Assembly: GCA_965223265.1 (NCBI GenBank)
Contig: OZ244999.1
Coordinates: forward strand, 5,312,001 to 5,376,000
Direction: 5' to 3'
Origin: Planctomycetota bacterium
GTDB taxonomy: Bacteria; Planctomycetota; UBA8108; SXIK01
Length of the DNA stretch: 64,000 nucleotides
The position numbers were made by a program, and so were the translations under genes. The first letter of the stretch is position 1. Every line of letters begins with the position of its first letter. Below the pieces are notes generated by a model that worked only from the letters and a program-made list of their open reading frames with translations, ran no database searches and was not told the DNA's origin. This document shows positions 1 through 9,211 of the stretch, piece by piece.

Positions 1-63
1 CCCGACTGGAAACTGGAACGTGGCGCAGACGCTGCGACGGAAAGGGCGAATGAGGAGAAGTGA
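1..63 (+). CDS. 3' end of an upstream gene (truncated by window), unknown product
   Basis: Frame 1 is open from base 1 (PDWKLERGADAATERANEEK) to TGA at 61-63, followed by a small GC hairpin; too short to identify. Confidence 0.35.
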   Translation, partial: PDWKLERGADAATERANEEK

Positions 64-310
64 GAAGCGGGGCCCTTGCCGCTCGGGTCGCTGCGAGTGA
101 CCAGCACTCAACAGCGTCGCTGTGTGCCGCTTTTTTGAAACCGCGGTAGGGCCCCGCCTCTGATCCTCGTTTCCTTCGACCCGGTGGGAGGTGGTCGAAC
201 GGGGGGCGGGCGGGAGCGTGGCCAATGCCAGCGCCACGTAAGAGGAAACCACAAACGTGGACCGAGCGTAAAGTCGCCTGACCAAATGTCATTCGTCCGA
301 ATGACAAGGC

Positions 311-553
311 GTGCGAGAGCAGCGCGAGGCGCTTCGAGTGCTTCTCGGCGAGCCGGACGAGATCGGCGAACTGCTCCAGTTTTTGGGTTTGGACCAAGCC
401 TCGATTGCGCGTAAGCTCGGCATTCTAACATTGCCCGAATCTAAGGAATGGTTGCCCCCCAACGGGGAAGGAGTTTCTCATGCATGCGAAACGCCCAATC
501 GACTCGCCGGCTGGCACGAGTGTCGACGAACAACTCCCCGCGAAACACGTTGA
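311..553 (+). CDS. possible small hypothetical protein
   Basis: Protein-like amphipathic N-half (REALRVLLGEPDEIGELLQFLGLDQASIARKLG); GTG start; overlaps the LuxR gene by 74 nt, so doubtful. Confidence 0.25.
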   Translation: MREQREALRVLLGEPDEIGELLQFLGLDQASIARKLGILTLPESKEWLPPNGEGVSHACETPNRLAGWHECRRTTPRETR

Positions 554-923
554 GCTCGTCGACGAAATCAATAGCGCGCTGGCGCGCTTCGTCGGTCAAC
601 TCTCGGGCGCGCTAGCACCCACGGAGGCCACCGAGTCGGCGCCGAGCGATTCCGGCGACAATCCCGAAAGCGTCGCTTTGGCGCAAACGGAGACCGATGA
701 CTTCGTGTATGTGTTGACACGTTTTCCGAAGAGTGCGCGTGGCGCGCTCAGTCCGCGCGAAAAGGAGATCGTCGCCCTCGTGGCGGAAGGCCTACCGAAC
801 AAGATCATCGCGCTGCGACTTGGCATCAAACCTGCCAGTGTCGCGACGTACTTGCGCCGCGCTTATTCTAAGTTGAACACGAATTCGCGTGCCGTTCTCG
901 CACTACGCAGCCTTCTCACCTGA
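480..923 (+). CDS. LuxR/GerE-family HTH transcriptional regulator (no receiver domain)
   Basis: C-terminal LSPREKEIVALVAEGLPNKIIALRLGIKPASVATYLRRAYSKL is a GerE-type HTH; GAAGGAG RBS upstream. Confidence 0.85.
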   Translation: MHAKRPIDSPAGTSVDEQLPAKHVELVDEINSALARFVGQLSGALAPTEATESAPSDSGDNPESVALAQTETDDFVYVLTRFPKSARGALSPREKEIVALVAEGLPNKIIALRLGIKPASVATYLRRAYSKLNTNSRAVLALRSLLT

Positions 924-1523
924 GCTGCCTGCAGCGCGGCCGCGCATGTAGATCGGCTCGAGTCCGGTCGGCTACCCACGCCGACGCGTATCGAGACGTC
1001 ACCGCTGGGTCGACGGCGGTTGATCTCTCCGCTGGCTGTCTAGGTTGCCGTTGAGTCGATTCGGCCGCATGTCCGCACATATTCTCGAGGACTGCGCCCA
1101 GTCGACCGGCCGGCGAGCCCCCCTTCTCCATGACTCTCCGCGCGAGAGAAGGTGAGCCTAGCGCTAGCGCACCTCAAGAAACGGGGCTCACTCAGCACGC
1201 AGTGGTGACGCGCGACGACTGCCGTCGTGGTCTGCCACAACGTCTACTTTTTGGACGGACGGGCACGCTGCGTTTGCACGAATTATCGGAGCATCGTAGC
1301 GTTCTGAAGAGGGAACGTCGAATGCACGCCTGGCGCTCTCAGCCCGCCTGGCATGTACTCAGGCAATGCGCCAGCAGGAGCTGCGCGCGTCGTCTTCTGC
1401 GCTCCTTCGCTCGCTCCCAGGGGACCCTGTTCGCAACTCTGCGACGTCGCATGCAACCGCCTGCGACGCGGTAGAACGAGTCTCTTGGAAGCCGCTTAGA
1501 CTCTCGAGCAACGGAGCCGAATT

Positions 1524-1907
1524 GTGATGAAATTCTTGCCGCTCGTGTTGGCGTTTCTGCTACCATCTATGCCTCTCAGTGCCGTCATCAGCGACGACGA
1601 AGAACTACTTCGGCGCATAGGCATTGGCCGCCGAGGCGACGTCAACGGTGACAGCATCATCGATCTTGCGGACGCGCTCTCCCTGAGCGCCTATCTCTAC
1701 ATTGGCGACGAAGAACCGACCTGCTTGGCTCAAGCCGACATCAACGATGACGGCTCGATCGATGTCAGCGACGTGACGTTTCTTCTCAATTGGCTCTTTG
1801 TCGGCGGACCGCAGCCACCGGCACCAGGCCCCGACAATCTCGATTGTTTTCCCGACCCGACGCCGCCCTATTTCGGCTGTCAAGAACTCAACTGCCCCGA
1901 TGACTAA
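1524..1907 (+). CDS. secreted stand-alone dockerin-like (duplicated Ca-binding) protein
   Basis: Signal peptide; RGDVNGDSIIDLAD and ADINDDGSIDVSD duplicated DxNxDG loops; Cys/Pro tail (GGPQPPAPGP..C.PDPT). Confidence 0.8.
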   Translation: MMKFLPLVLAFLLPSMPLSAVISDDEELLRRIGIGRRGDVNGDSIIDLADALSLSAYLYIGDEEPTCLAQADINDDGSIDVSDVTFLLNWLFVGGPQPPAPGPDNLDCFPDPTPPYFGCQELNCPDD

Positions 1908-1949
1908 GACGCCTCTTCGACGCGAACCACAGCTTGCGCCGGTGTAGAC

Positions 1950-2744
1950 ATGCGACGCCATGGACCACTGCCAGCGGATTGGACCGTCGATTATCTCGAG
2001 CACGTCGACTTCGACAGATCTTTCGCCGCGCTGTCTGGCTGCGATCACTTTCACGCTGCGACGATGCGAGGCAGGATTCGCTCGCTTCAACTTGAAATCG
2101 ATGCGGCGAAGAATCACTTCAAGGAGGCCGTCGCTCTCGCCAGCCAGACCGAAGACGAGAGTTTGACCGATCTAAAGTATCGATTCCTCCTCAACGTTTT
2201 TCGCTTCGACCACCTCCTTCTTGAACAGCCAGTCTCACAAGGCACAGCGCTCCCTGACTCGTTAAAATCGCCGCGCGTTCCGCGCGTGCTGCGAGCTCAG
2301 CACCCCGATCTTCGATTCGCACTGAACCTTCGAGACCATGCCCACGCCGTGCTGCTGCTGCACGTCGGTGACTTCGAGGAAGCTGCCGACATGTGGCGTG
2401 CGTTGCTACGTGATAATCCAGACGTACCAGCGGACAAACACATCTTTTATCACGTCGGTCTGGCGGCGGCTCTCTTCAACCACGGCGACCGAGACAATGC
2501 GCTCCGTAGCGCGGAAAACGCCGGGTTGGCCGTTGCTTCAGCACGGCGCACATTCCATCGCGTCCACGGCGCGTCGCTCCTCCTCGCGCTCTATACCTTC
2601 CTCGGCGAGCCGGACGAGGCGGCAGATTGGCAGGCGTTTTTGGAACACCTTCAGTGCCCTCAACTCACGAAGGATCTTTTCCTTCGCCGCGCCGACGTGA
2701 TGTTGATTCGTTCGGAAGAGGCGTCCTCTCTGCTCCTGATCTAG
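1950..2744 (+). CDS. hypothetical protein, TPR-like helical repeats
   Basis: 264-aa ORF with TPR-like spacing (HAVLLLHVGDFEEAADMW; GLAAALFNHGDRDNAL; LYTFLGEPDEAADW). Confidence 0.6.
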   Translation: MRRHGPLPADWTVDYLEHVDFDRSFAALSGCDHFHAATMRGRIRSLQLEIDAAKNHFKEAVALASQTEDESLTDLKYRFLLNVFRFDHLLLEQPVSQGTALPDSLKSPRVPRVLRAQHPDLRFALNLRDHAHAVLLLHVGDFEEAADMWRALLRDNPDVPADKHIFYHVGLAAALFNHGDRDNALRSAENAGLAVASARRTFHRVHGASLLLALYTFLGEPDEAADWQAFLEHLQCPQLTKDLFLRRADVMLIRSEEASSLLLI

Positions 2745-2897
2745 CCTCGAGTTTGGCCACTTCGCGTCGAGCCTGGGCGGGCGCATCCCAGCGTCGGTGT
2801 AGAAACTCAGGAGAGGTGCGGGTTAAGCTATCGCTTCCTGGGTTTTGACATTTTCGACGACCGCCGCCGGGAAGTGCAGCTGCTGCCGAAAGCGCAA

Positions 2898-2931
2898 CAG
2901 CCTGCTTGAAAAAGTACTTCGAGCCGAGAAC
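2898..2931 (+). mobile_element. left-end remnant of the MITE-like hairpin element
   Basis: CAGCCTGCTTGAAAAAGTACTTCGAGCCGAGAAC matches the left arm of the copies at 17601 and 30788. Confidence 0.6.
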
Positions 2932-2949
2932 AACGGAGTGATTTCGATC

Positions 2950-4926
2950 ATGCAGCACTATCGCCACGCCGCTCCTCGACAACTCTTCGCGTTGGTTTGG
3001 ATGAGTCTTACCGTCTCTCTTGCCACCACCGTGGTGAGTGCCCAAGACGCAGCGACCGACCTCGCTGTTGGCAGCATGGCGCCCGAGTTCGAGGTTCTGG
3101 ATGACTCCGGTCAACCCTGGCGATCGAGCGACTATGTCGGTCGCAAGATCGTCGTCGTTTACTTCTACCCGGCGGACATGACCGGCGGCTGCACGAAACA
3201 GGCCTGTGGCTTCAGAGATCGATCGGCCGATCTTTCGCGTCGCGATGTACTGGTCGTCGGCGTCAGCGGCGACTCGGTTAGGAACCACACACTGTTTAAG
3301 AGCGTCCACAGCCTCAACTTTCCGCTGCTCGCGGACGAGAACGGTGACGTCGCCCGCGCCTTCGGCGTCCCTATCAAAGACGGCGGCTCCATCACCCGGA
3401 CGATCGACGGTCGTGAACACATCCTGACGCGTGGCGTCACGATCGCTCGCTGGACGTTCGTCATCGACTACGACGGACGCATTGCCTACAAGAATGCCAA
3501 GGTGGACGCTGCGAACGACAGCGCCGCGGTGACAGCAGCGATCGACGCACTGCGAACTCGCGGTGCTTCACACTTCCGCTCGGATGGCGGGGTCGCAGTC
3601 GACGACGGTCACCCACTTCCCGCTACGTTCTCGCAGGAGAACACTGTGTGGCGGACGAAACTCGCGTCGGGTCACTCGACGCCTTGCATCTACGGCAGCC
3701 ACATTTTTCTCACCACCTACTCGCGACCCGAGCTCGCTACCGTGGCGCTCGATCGACGCAGCGGCGAGATCCGTTGGAAGCGCGTCGTCCCCAACGTGCG
3801 CCTTGAAGGCGTGCACCGTACCGGCAACCCGGCGTCGTGCACCGTGGCTTGCGATGGTGAACGGGTCTTCGCGTTCTTTGGGAGCTACGGTGTTCTCTGC
3901 TACAGCCTCGACGGTCAGCTCATCTGGTCGCGCCCCATGGGACCGTTCCAGGATGAATTCGGTGCCAACAGCTCGCCCGTGCTCGCTGGCGACAAGGTGA
4001 TCGTCAACCAGGATCACGACATCGGCAGTTTCCTAATGGCGCTGAACAAAGAGACCGGCGAGACCGCTTGGAAGACGCCGCGCGAAGGATTCACACGAAG
4101 CTACGCGACGCCCCTGGTTTGGGACAGCGGGGAAGGGACTCAGCTGATCGTCGGTGGCGCCCTGCAGCTGACGAGCTACGACCTCGAAACTGGCCGCCCG
4201 CTATGGTGGTGCGACGGCATGGCCCGCATCTACAGTACGACCCCGACGCTCGTCGACGGAGTCATTTACTCGGCGAGTTGGACGCCCGGTGGCGATCCCA
4301 CGGGTAGGATCTCGATGGAGCCGTGGTCCGAAGCGGCGAAGCAGTGGGATGCCGACAAAAGCGGCAAAATCGCGCGCGCAGAACTTTCGCCAGGTCCTGT
4401 CCTGCAGCGCTTCTATCGTATGGACCTCGATCAAGACGGCGCGCTCGACGAATCAGAGTGGAAGAAGTACGCCCAGGTCTTCGAGCGGGCGCAAAATGCG
4501 GTGCTCGCCATTCGAGCTGACGCCAGCGCCCGCGGCAATATCACGGACAGTCACGTTCTATGGAAGTACGAGCGCAACGTTCCGTTCGTTCCGAGTCCGC
4601 TCTTCTATCGTGGGGTTCTCTACGCGGTGAAAGATAGCGCGATCGTCACGAGCTTTGATGCTGGCAGCGGCGACGTCCTCAAACAAGGACGCGCCAAGGG
4701 TCTCGGCAACTACTACGCCTCCCCAGTGGCTGGCGACGGAAAAGTCTATGTCAGCAGCATGAATGGCGTCATCACGGTACTCAAGGCAGCGCCGCAGTGG
4801 GAAATCCTCGGCTCTCACGACTTTGGTGCCACGATCATGGCAACCCCGGCGATTCACGAGGGCAGGATTTACGTACGCACCGAGAACGAACTTGCTTGTT
4901 TTGCAGCGCAGGCGACTAGCGGATAG
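2950..4926 (+). CDS. exported BCP-type peroxiredoxin fused to PQQ-like (BamB-like) beta-propeller with EF-hand insert
   Basis: Signal peptide from ATG 2950 (ORF track starts 2845); YFYPADMTGGCTKQACGFRD peroxiredoxin motif; repeated A.D..TG...W propeller blades; DADKSGKI and DLDQDGALDESE EF-hand loops. Confidence 0.8.
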   Translation: MQHYRHAAPRQLFALVWMSLTVSLATTVVSAQDAATDLAVGSMAPEFEVLDDSGQPWRSSDYVGRKIVVVYFYPADMTGGCTKQACGFRDRSADLSRRDVLVVGVSGDSVRNHTLFKSVHSLNFPLLADENGDVARAFGVPIKDGGSITRTIDGREHILTRGVTIARWTFVIDYDGRIAYKNAKVDAANDSAAVTAAIDALRTRGASHFRSDGGVAVDDGHPLPATFSQENTVWRTKLASGHSTPCIYGSHIFLTTYSRPELATVALDRRSGEIRWKRVVPNVRLEGVHRTGNPASCTVACDGERVFAFFGSYGVLCYSLDGQLIWSRPMGPFQDEFGANSSPVLAGDKVIVNQDHDIGSFLMALNKETGETAWKTPREGFTRSYATPLVWDSGEGTQLIVGGALQLTSYDLETGRPLWWCDGMARIYSTTPTLVDGVIYSASWTPGGDPTGRISMEPWSEAAKQWDADKSGKIARAELSPGPVLQRFYRMDLDQDGALDESEWKKYAQVFERAQNAVLAIRADASARGNITDSHVLWKYERNVPFVPSPLFYRGVLYAVKDSAIVTSFDAGSGDVLKQGRAKGLGNYYASPVAGDGKVYVSSMNGVITVLKAAPQWEILGSHDFGATIMATPAIHEGRIYVRTENELACFAAQATSG

Positions 4927-5061
4927 TCGCTCGAACGCTCGCATCGCACATAGTGACCAACCGAACAGCTGACTTCCTTTCAGTGGCCGCGGTCGGTACA
5001 TTGAACTCGAAGCTTCCGACGCCAGACGCACGCCATCAGGAAGTGAGGAGTTCGCCCCAAA

Positions 5062-6273
5062 ATGGCAAGTCGAATCCATCCACGCGCCGAGGAGCTCTCC
5101 CGCCACACGGTCATGCAACTGCGGGCGATGGCGCGCGAGCTCCAGATCAAGGGTCGCAGCCGCATGCGGAAGAAGGAGCTCGTCGCGGCACTGGCGCGGC
5201 ACGAGCGCGCGGAACTGGAGACAACAACGCCCCCTGGGTCGAAGCAAGCGCACCAACCAACCGAACCCGCTGCAGCTGTTCGCACTGCAGCGAACCGTGA
5301 ACGCGCGGGGCGCAGCGCGGCGCCTGGTCAGTCAAAGAAAGCTTCAAGACCCCGGGCAGAGCCGTCTCGACGACGAACGACCTCACCCAAGCCGTCGCCC
5401 ACCGGAGCTCGCCCTGCACCGTCGCCACCGCCGGCGTCGTCTCTGAGTCCATCACTGGATCCAAGTGCCTCGACCGAAGTCTCTGGCACGCCCCGCGGCG
5501 CGCGACGCGCCCGCAGCGAGCGCTCCGCGAGCGATCGTCTCGAGAACGCTGTCGCTTTCGCCCCGCTGAAAGATCACCTTTGCCTCGTCGCCGTCAACCC
5601 GCGGCGCGCTTACGTTTTTTGGGACGTTGACACGAAGACCGCGTCAGACTTTTGCTCGCGCCTTGGGTCCGACTGCGCACGCCTCCAGCTGCGGGTCTAC
5701 GGCGCCGCGAGCGGCGATCCAACATCCCATACCGAAAGCGCACCGCCACCGGCGAGCCATCCGGTCGAAGAGTTCGATGTCGACTCTCCTGCCGGTGCCC
5801 TCTACCTCGAGCTCGCCGCACCGGGCAGCTCGATCTTTTGCGAGCTTGGGCTACGCGCCAACGACGGCGGTTTTCACTCCCTCGCCGCATCGAACCGTAT
5901 CGTGCTTCCAGGTCTCGGCTACGAGCATAAAGAAGTTCAACGCGCCGTGAACACCAGCGACTCGCATCTCTGGAAGCCGCGCTGCGCGCCGTCGTCGACA
6001 CCGAGTGATCACGTCACCCTGGCGTCGACGGCCAATGCGGATGCCAGGAGCAGTGGGACGCCGGCTACGCCGCCGGCCAATTCCGTCGCCGAAGAACCTC
6101 TCGGGTGGCGCGCCGCGAGCAGAAGTTCCGTACCCGACGCCGAGGGGGCACCGCCCCGCAAGCCGCCGGACCGCCTCGTCGTAGGCATCAGCTCGGGCGA
6201 GCTCACCGCGGGGCATGAGATCGCAGCACAGCGCCAGGGTGAAAGCTCTTCGGATCTGGTCAATCGCAGCTAA
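5062..6273 (+). CDS. Rho N-terminal domain + DUF4912 protein
   Basis: ELSRHTVMQLRAMARELQIKGRSRMRKKELVAAL (Rho_N); KDHLCLVAVNPRRAYVFWDV...CELGLR..GGFHSLAASN (DUF4912-like); P/S-rich linker. Confidence 0.75.
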   Translation: MASRIHPRAEELSRHTVMQLRAMARELQIKGRSRMRKKELVAALARHERAELETTTPPGSKQAHQPTEPAAAVRTAANRERAGRSAAPGQSKKASRPRAEPSRRRTTSPKPSPTGARPAPSPPPASSLSPSLDPSASTEVSGTPRGARRARSERSASDRLENAVAFAPLKDHLCLVAVNPRRAYVFWDVDTKTASDFCSRLGSDCARLQLRVYGAASGDPTSHTESAPPPASHPVEEFDVDSPAGALYLELAAPGSSIFCELGLRANDGGFHSLAASNRIVLPGLGYEHKEVQRAVNTSDSHLWKPRCAPSSTPSDHVTLASTANADARSSGTPATPPANSVAEEPLGWRAASRSSVPDAEGAPPRKPPDRLVVGISSGELTAGHEIAAQRQGESSSDLVNRS

Positions 6274-6398
6274 CTCGTTCGCTCTGCTTGCGATAGGATA
6301 ACGGATCGGCGATAATCCGACGAGGATCTGAAAGTTGGCGCGACCGCGATCCTCGTCGTGGTCTCGCGGCAGATCTGATCGCGGCTTGAGCGAACCGA

Positions 6399-9131
6399 GT
6401 GCCGCGAGAAAACGGCTCGATCCATCTCTCCAGGAAAATCATGGGCCTACCAACTCGTCACCGCCGGCACTTTGTCGCCCGCCTCTTCACCTTCACCGCG
6501 CTTTGGTGGCTGCAGACCGGCGCGAGCATGGCGCGCGACTTAACGTTCGAGCGCGACATCCGACCGCTTCTCAAGGTCCATTGTCTCGACTGTCACGGCG
6601 CGGGCGAATTGAGCGGCGAACTCGATCTACGCCTGCGACGCTTCATGGTTGCCGGTGGTGAGTCCGGGGCGGCCATCGTCGCCGGCGATCCACAAGCGAG
6701 CTTGATCGTCGAGCGACTGCGGCGTGGCGAGATGCCGCCGGGTGAAGTCAAAATGCCGGCTGCCGACATCGAGACGATCGAAAGCTGGATTGCCAGTGGC
6801 GCGAAAACGCTTCGACCCGAGCCCGAGTCCATCGCTCCGGGCATCGGCATCACTGCCGAAGAGCGTGAGTTTTGGTCGTTTCAGCCCATCCGGCGTCCAC
6901 CCATTCCCGACGTGGATGATGCCAGTCGAGTGCGCACCCCGATCGACGCGTTTCTCCTCCACCGCATGGCACCTCTCGGTCTCTCGTTCGCCCCCGACGC
7001 CGACCGCTTGACGCTGATTCGACGCGCGTATCTGGATTTACTGGGCCTGCCACCGCCCCGCGAGTCGGTCGAAACCTTTCTTGGCGACCGAGCGCCTGGC
7101 GCCTGGGAACGACTCGTCGATCGGCTGCTGCAGTCGCCGCATTATGGCGAGCGCTGGGCTCGACACTGGCTCGACGTTGCCGGCTACGCCGACTCCGAAG
7201 GCGACGCGCACAACGACACCGTCCGCGCCTTCGCGTACAAATACCGCGACTACGTTATCCGCGCCTTCAACGCCGACAAGCCGTTCGACCGCTTCCTCCA
7301 AGAACAGCTCGCGGGCGACGAGTTGGTCACGCCGCCGTACAAAGATCTTTCGGCACAGTCTCTGGAGCTGCTGACCGCGACAGGGTTTCTGCGCATGGCC
7401 GCCGACCCTACCGCGAGCGGCGGTGGCGATGCGGAGAAAAACCAGGTCGTGGCCGACACTCTGAAAATCGTCTCGACGTCGGTTCTCGGGCTCTCTGTCG
7501 GTTGCGCCCAGTGCCACGACCACCGCTACGATCCGATTCCGCAGCGTGACTACTACGCGCTGCGAGCCCTGCTCGAACCAGCGCTCGATTGGAAGAGCTG
7601 GCGCCACTCGACGTGGCGGATCTCGCTCTACACCGACGAGGAGCGCGCCCAGGCCGCGGCGATCGAAGCCCAGGTCGCCAAAGTTGCTCAGGAGAGAGCG
7701 GCTAAACAAGCGGATTACATCAAGGCGGCGCTCGACAAAGAACTCACCCACTTCCCCGAGGCAGTCCGCGAACCACTTCGAGCAGCCTACTACACAGCGG
7801 CAGACAAGCGAACAGAAGAGCAGATAGGACTTCTGAACGCGTACCCGAGCTCCAAGATCACCGGCGGCAACCTGTACCAGTACAATGCTAAGGCTGCAGA
7901 GGATCTGAAGAAGTACAACGCCAAGATGAACAAGCTGCGAGAAAAGAAGCCGTTCGAGGATTTTCTCCGCGTGCTCACCGAGATTCCTGGTCAGGTGCCG
8001 AAGACGTATCTCTTTCACCGCGGCGATCACAACCAGCCAAAGCAGGAGGTGGGTCCAGGTGTGCTAACCATTGCGGCAGGCGAGACACTCCCGGACATTC
8101 CAGCAGACGCGCCGGACATGCTGACGACGGGACGACGGCTGCACTACGCACGCTGGCTGACGAGCGGCGATCACCCCCTCGTCACACGTGTTTTCGTCAA
8201 TCGCGTCTGGATGCACCACTTCGGCTACGGAATCGTGTCGACGCCCTCCGACTTTGGCAGACTCGGCACGAAACCAACGCATCCGGACCTGCTCGACTGG
8301 TTGGCACGCGAATTCGTCGCTCGAGGCTGGAGCCTCAAGGCTCTGCATCGACTCATCATGACGTCGACCGCCTACCGACAGTCGTCCAGGCGCAATCCCA
8401 ACAGCCGCGACCTTGATCCGGACGGTCGTCTTTATTCTCGAAAGCCGGTGATTCGCCTCGAGGCGGAGGTGCTCCGTGACCGCATGCTGGTGGCGACGGG
8501 AGAGTTGAACACCGAGATGTTCGGTCCCGCGCTCGCGATTCAGGATCACTTCACGGGCCAAGTGGTCGCCAGCTCGACGCGCCGCAGTCTCTACATTCAA
8601 GTTCGGCGGACGAAACCGGTCGCCATGCTCAAGGTGTTTGATGCGCCGGTCATGGAAACCAACTGTGACAGGAGGTCCTCGTCGACGGTGGCACCGCAGG
8701 CTCTCCTACTCATGAATAGCGACTTTATCCTCGAGCGCGCCCGGGCGTTTGCGCAGCGAGTTCAAGCGGACGCGGCTCCTGCCACCGAGAATCTGGCTAC
8801 GGCGACTTCGACAGCGCTTGCCGCCGGCCAGACAAACGGGTCCGACTCAGACGCCCTACGTCGACAGCTGAAGCTGGCGTGGGAACTGGCTTACTGCAGA
8901 GAAGCTACGGACGACGAACTCGACCTAGCGGCGGCGTTCGTGTCGAGGCAGCGACGGGAGCTGCGCGCGAGAGAGAGGGCACTCAGCGCCCAGGACAAAG
9001 AGAAATCAGCGACAGCCAAGTCAGGAAAGAAGAAGAAAGAAACCCAACCGCGACTCGACCCCGAGACTCAAGCACTAGCGAATCTGTGCCAAGTGCTTTT
9101 GGGCTCGAACGAGTTTCTGTACGTGGACTAG
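6399..9131 (+). CDS. planctomycete cytochrome c / DUF1549 / DUF1553 (PSD1) protein
   Basis: FERDIRPLLKVHCLDCHG; YGERWARHWLDVAGYADS; GCAQCHDHRYDPI; RVFVNRVWMHHFG; true start may be downstream (about 6440). Confidence 0.92.
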   Translation: MPRENGSIHLSRKIMGLPTRHRRHFVARLFTFTALWWLQTGASMARDLTFERDIRPLLKVHCLDCHGAGELSGELDLRLRRFMVAGGESGAAIVAGDPQASLIVERLRRGEMPPGEVKMPAADIETIESWIASGAKTLRPEPESIAPGIGITAEEREFWSFQPIRRPPIPDVDDASRVRTPIDAFLLHRMAPLGLSFAPDADRLTLIRRAYLDLLGLPPPRESVETFLGDRAPGAWERLVDRLLQSPHYGERWARHWLDVAGYADSEGDAHNDTVRAFAYKYRDYVIRAFNADKPFDRFLQEQLAGDELVTPPYKDLSAQSLELLTATGFLRMAADPTASGGGDAEKNQVVADTLKIVSTSVLGLSVGCAQCHDHRYDPIPQRDYYALRALLEPALDWKSWRHSTWRISLYTDEERAQAAAIEAQVAKVAQERAAKQADYIKAALDKELTHFPEAVREPLRAAYYTAADKRTEEQIGLLNAYPSSKITGGNLYQYNAKAAEDLKKYNAKMNKLREKKPFEDFLRVLTEIPGQVPKTYLFHRGDHNQPKQEVGPGVLTIAAGETLPDIPADAPDMLTTGRRLHYARWLTSGDHPLVTRVFVNRVWMHHFGYGIVSTPSDFGRLGTKPTHPDLLDWLAREFVARGWSLKALHRLIMTSTAYRQSSRRNPNSRDLDPDGRLYSRKPVIRLEAEVLRDRMLVATGELNTEMFGPALAIQDHFTGQVVASSTRRSLYIQVRRTKPVAMLKVFDAPVMETNCDRRSSSTVAPQALLLMNSDFILERARAFAQRVQADAAPATENLATATSTALAAGQTNGSDSDALRRQLKLAWELAYCREATDDELDLAAAFVSRQRRELRARERALSAQDKEKSATAKSGKKKKETQPRLDPETQALANLCQVLLGSNEFLYVD

Positions 9132-9211
9132 CCTCAGTGCCGAAGTCGCGCCAATGCGCTAGCGAGTCCGAATGGTTACTGAGCGGAAAAAGAGAGCAGC
9201 GAGGCGACTCG

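Noticed and set aside
225-281. Short ORF MPAPRKRKPQTWTERKVA ending in TGA, possible read-through or frameshift into 311-553
   Set aside because: Read-through product is not protein-like; no SECIS or slippery site seen
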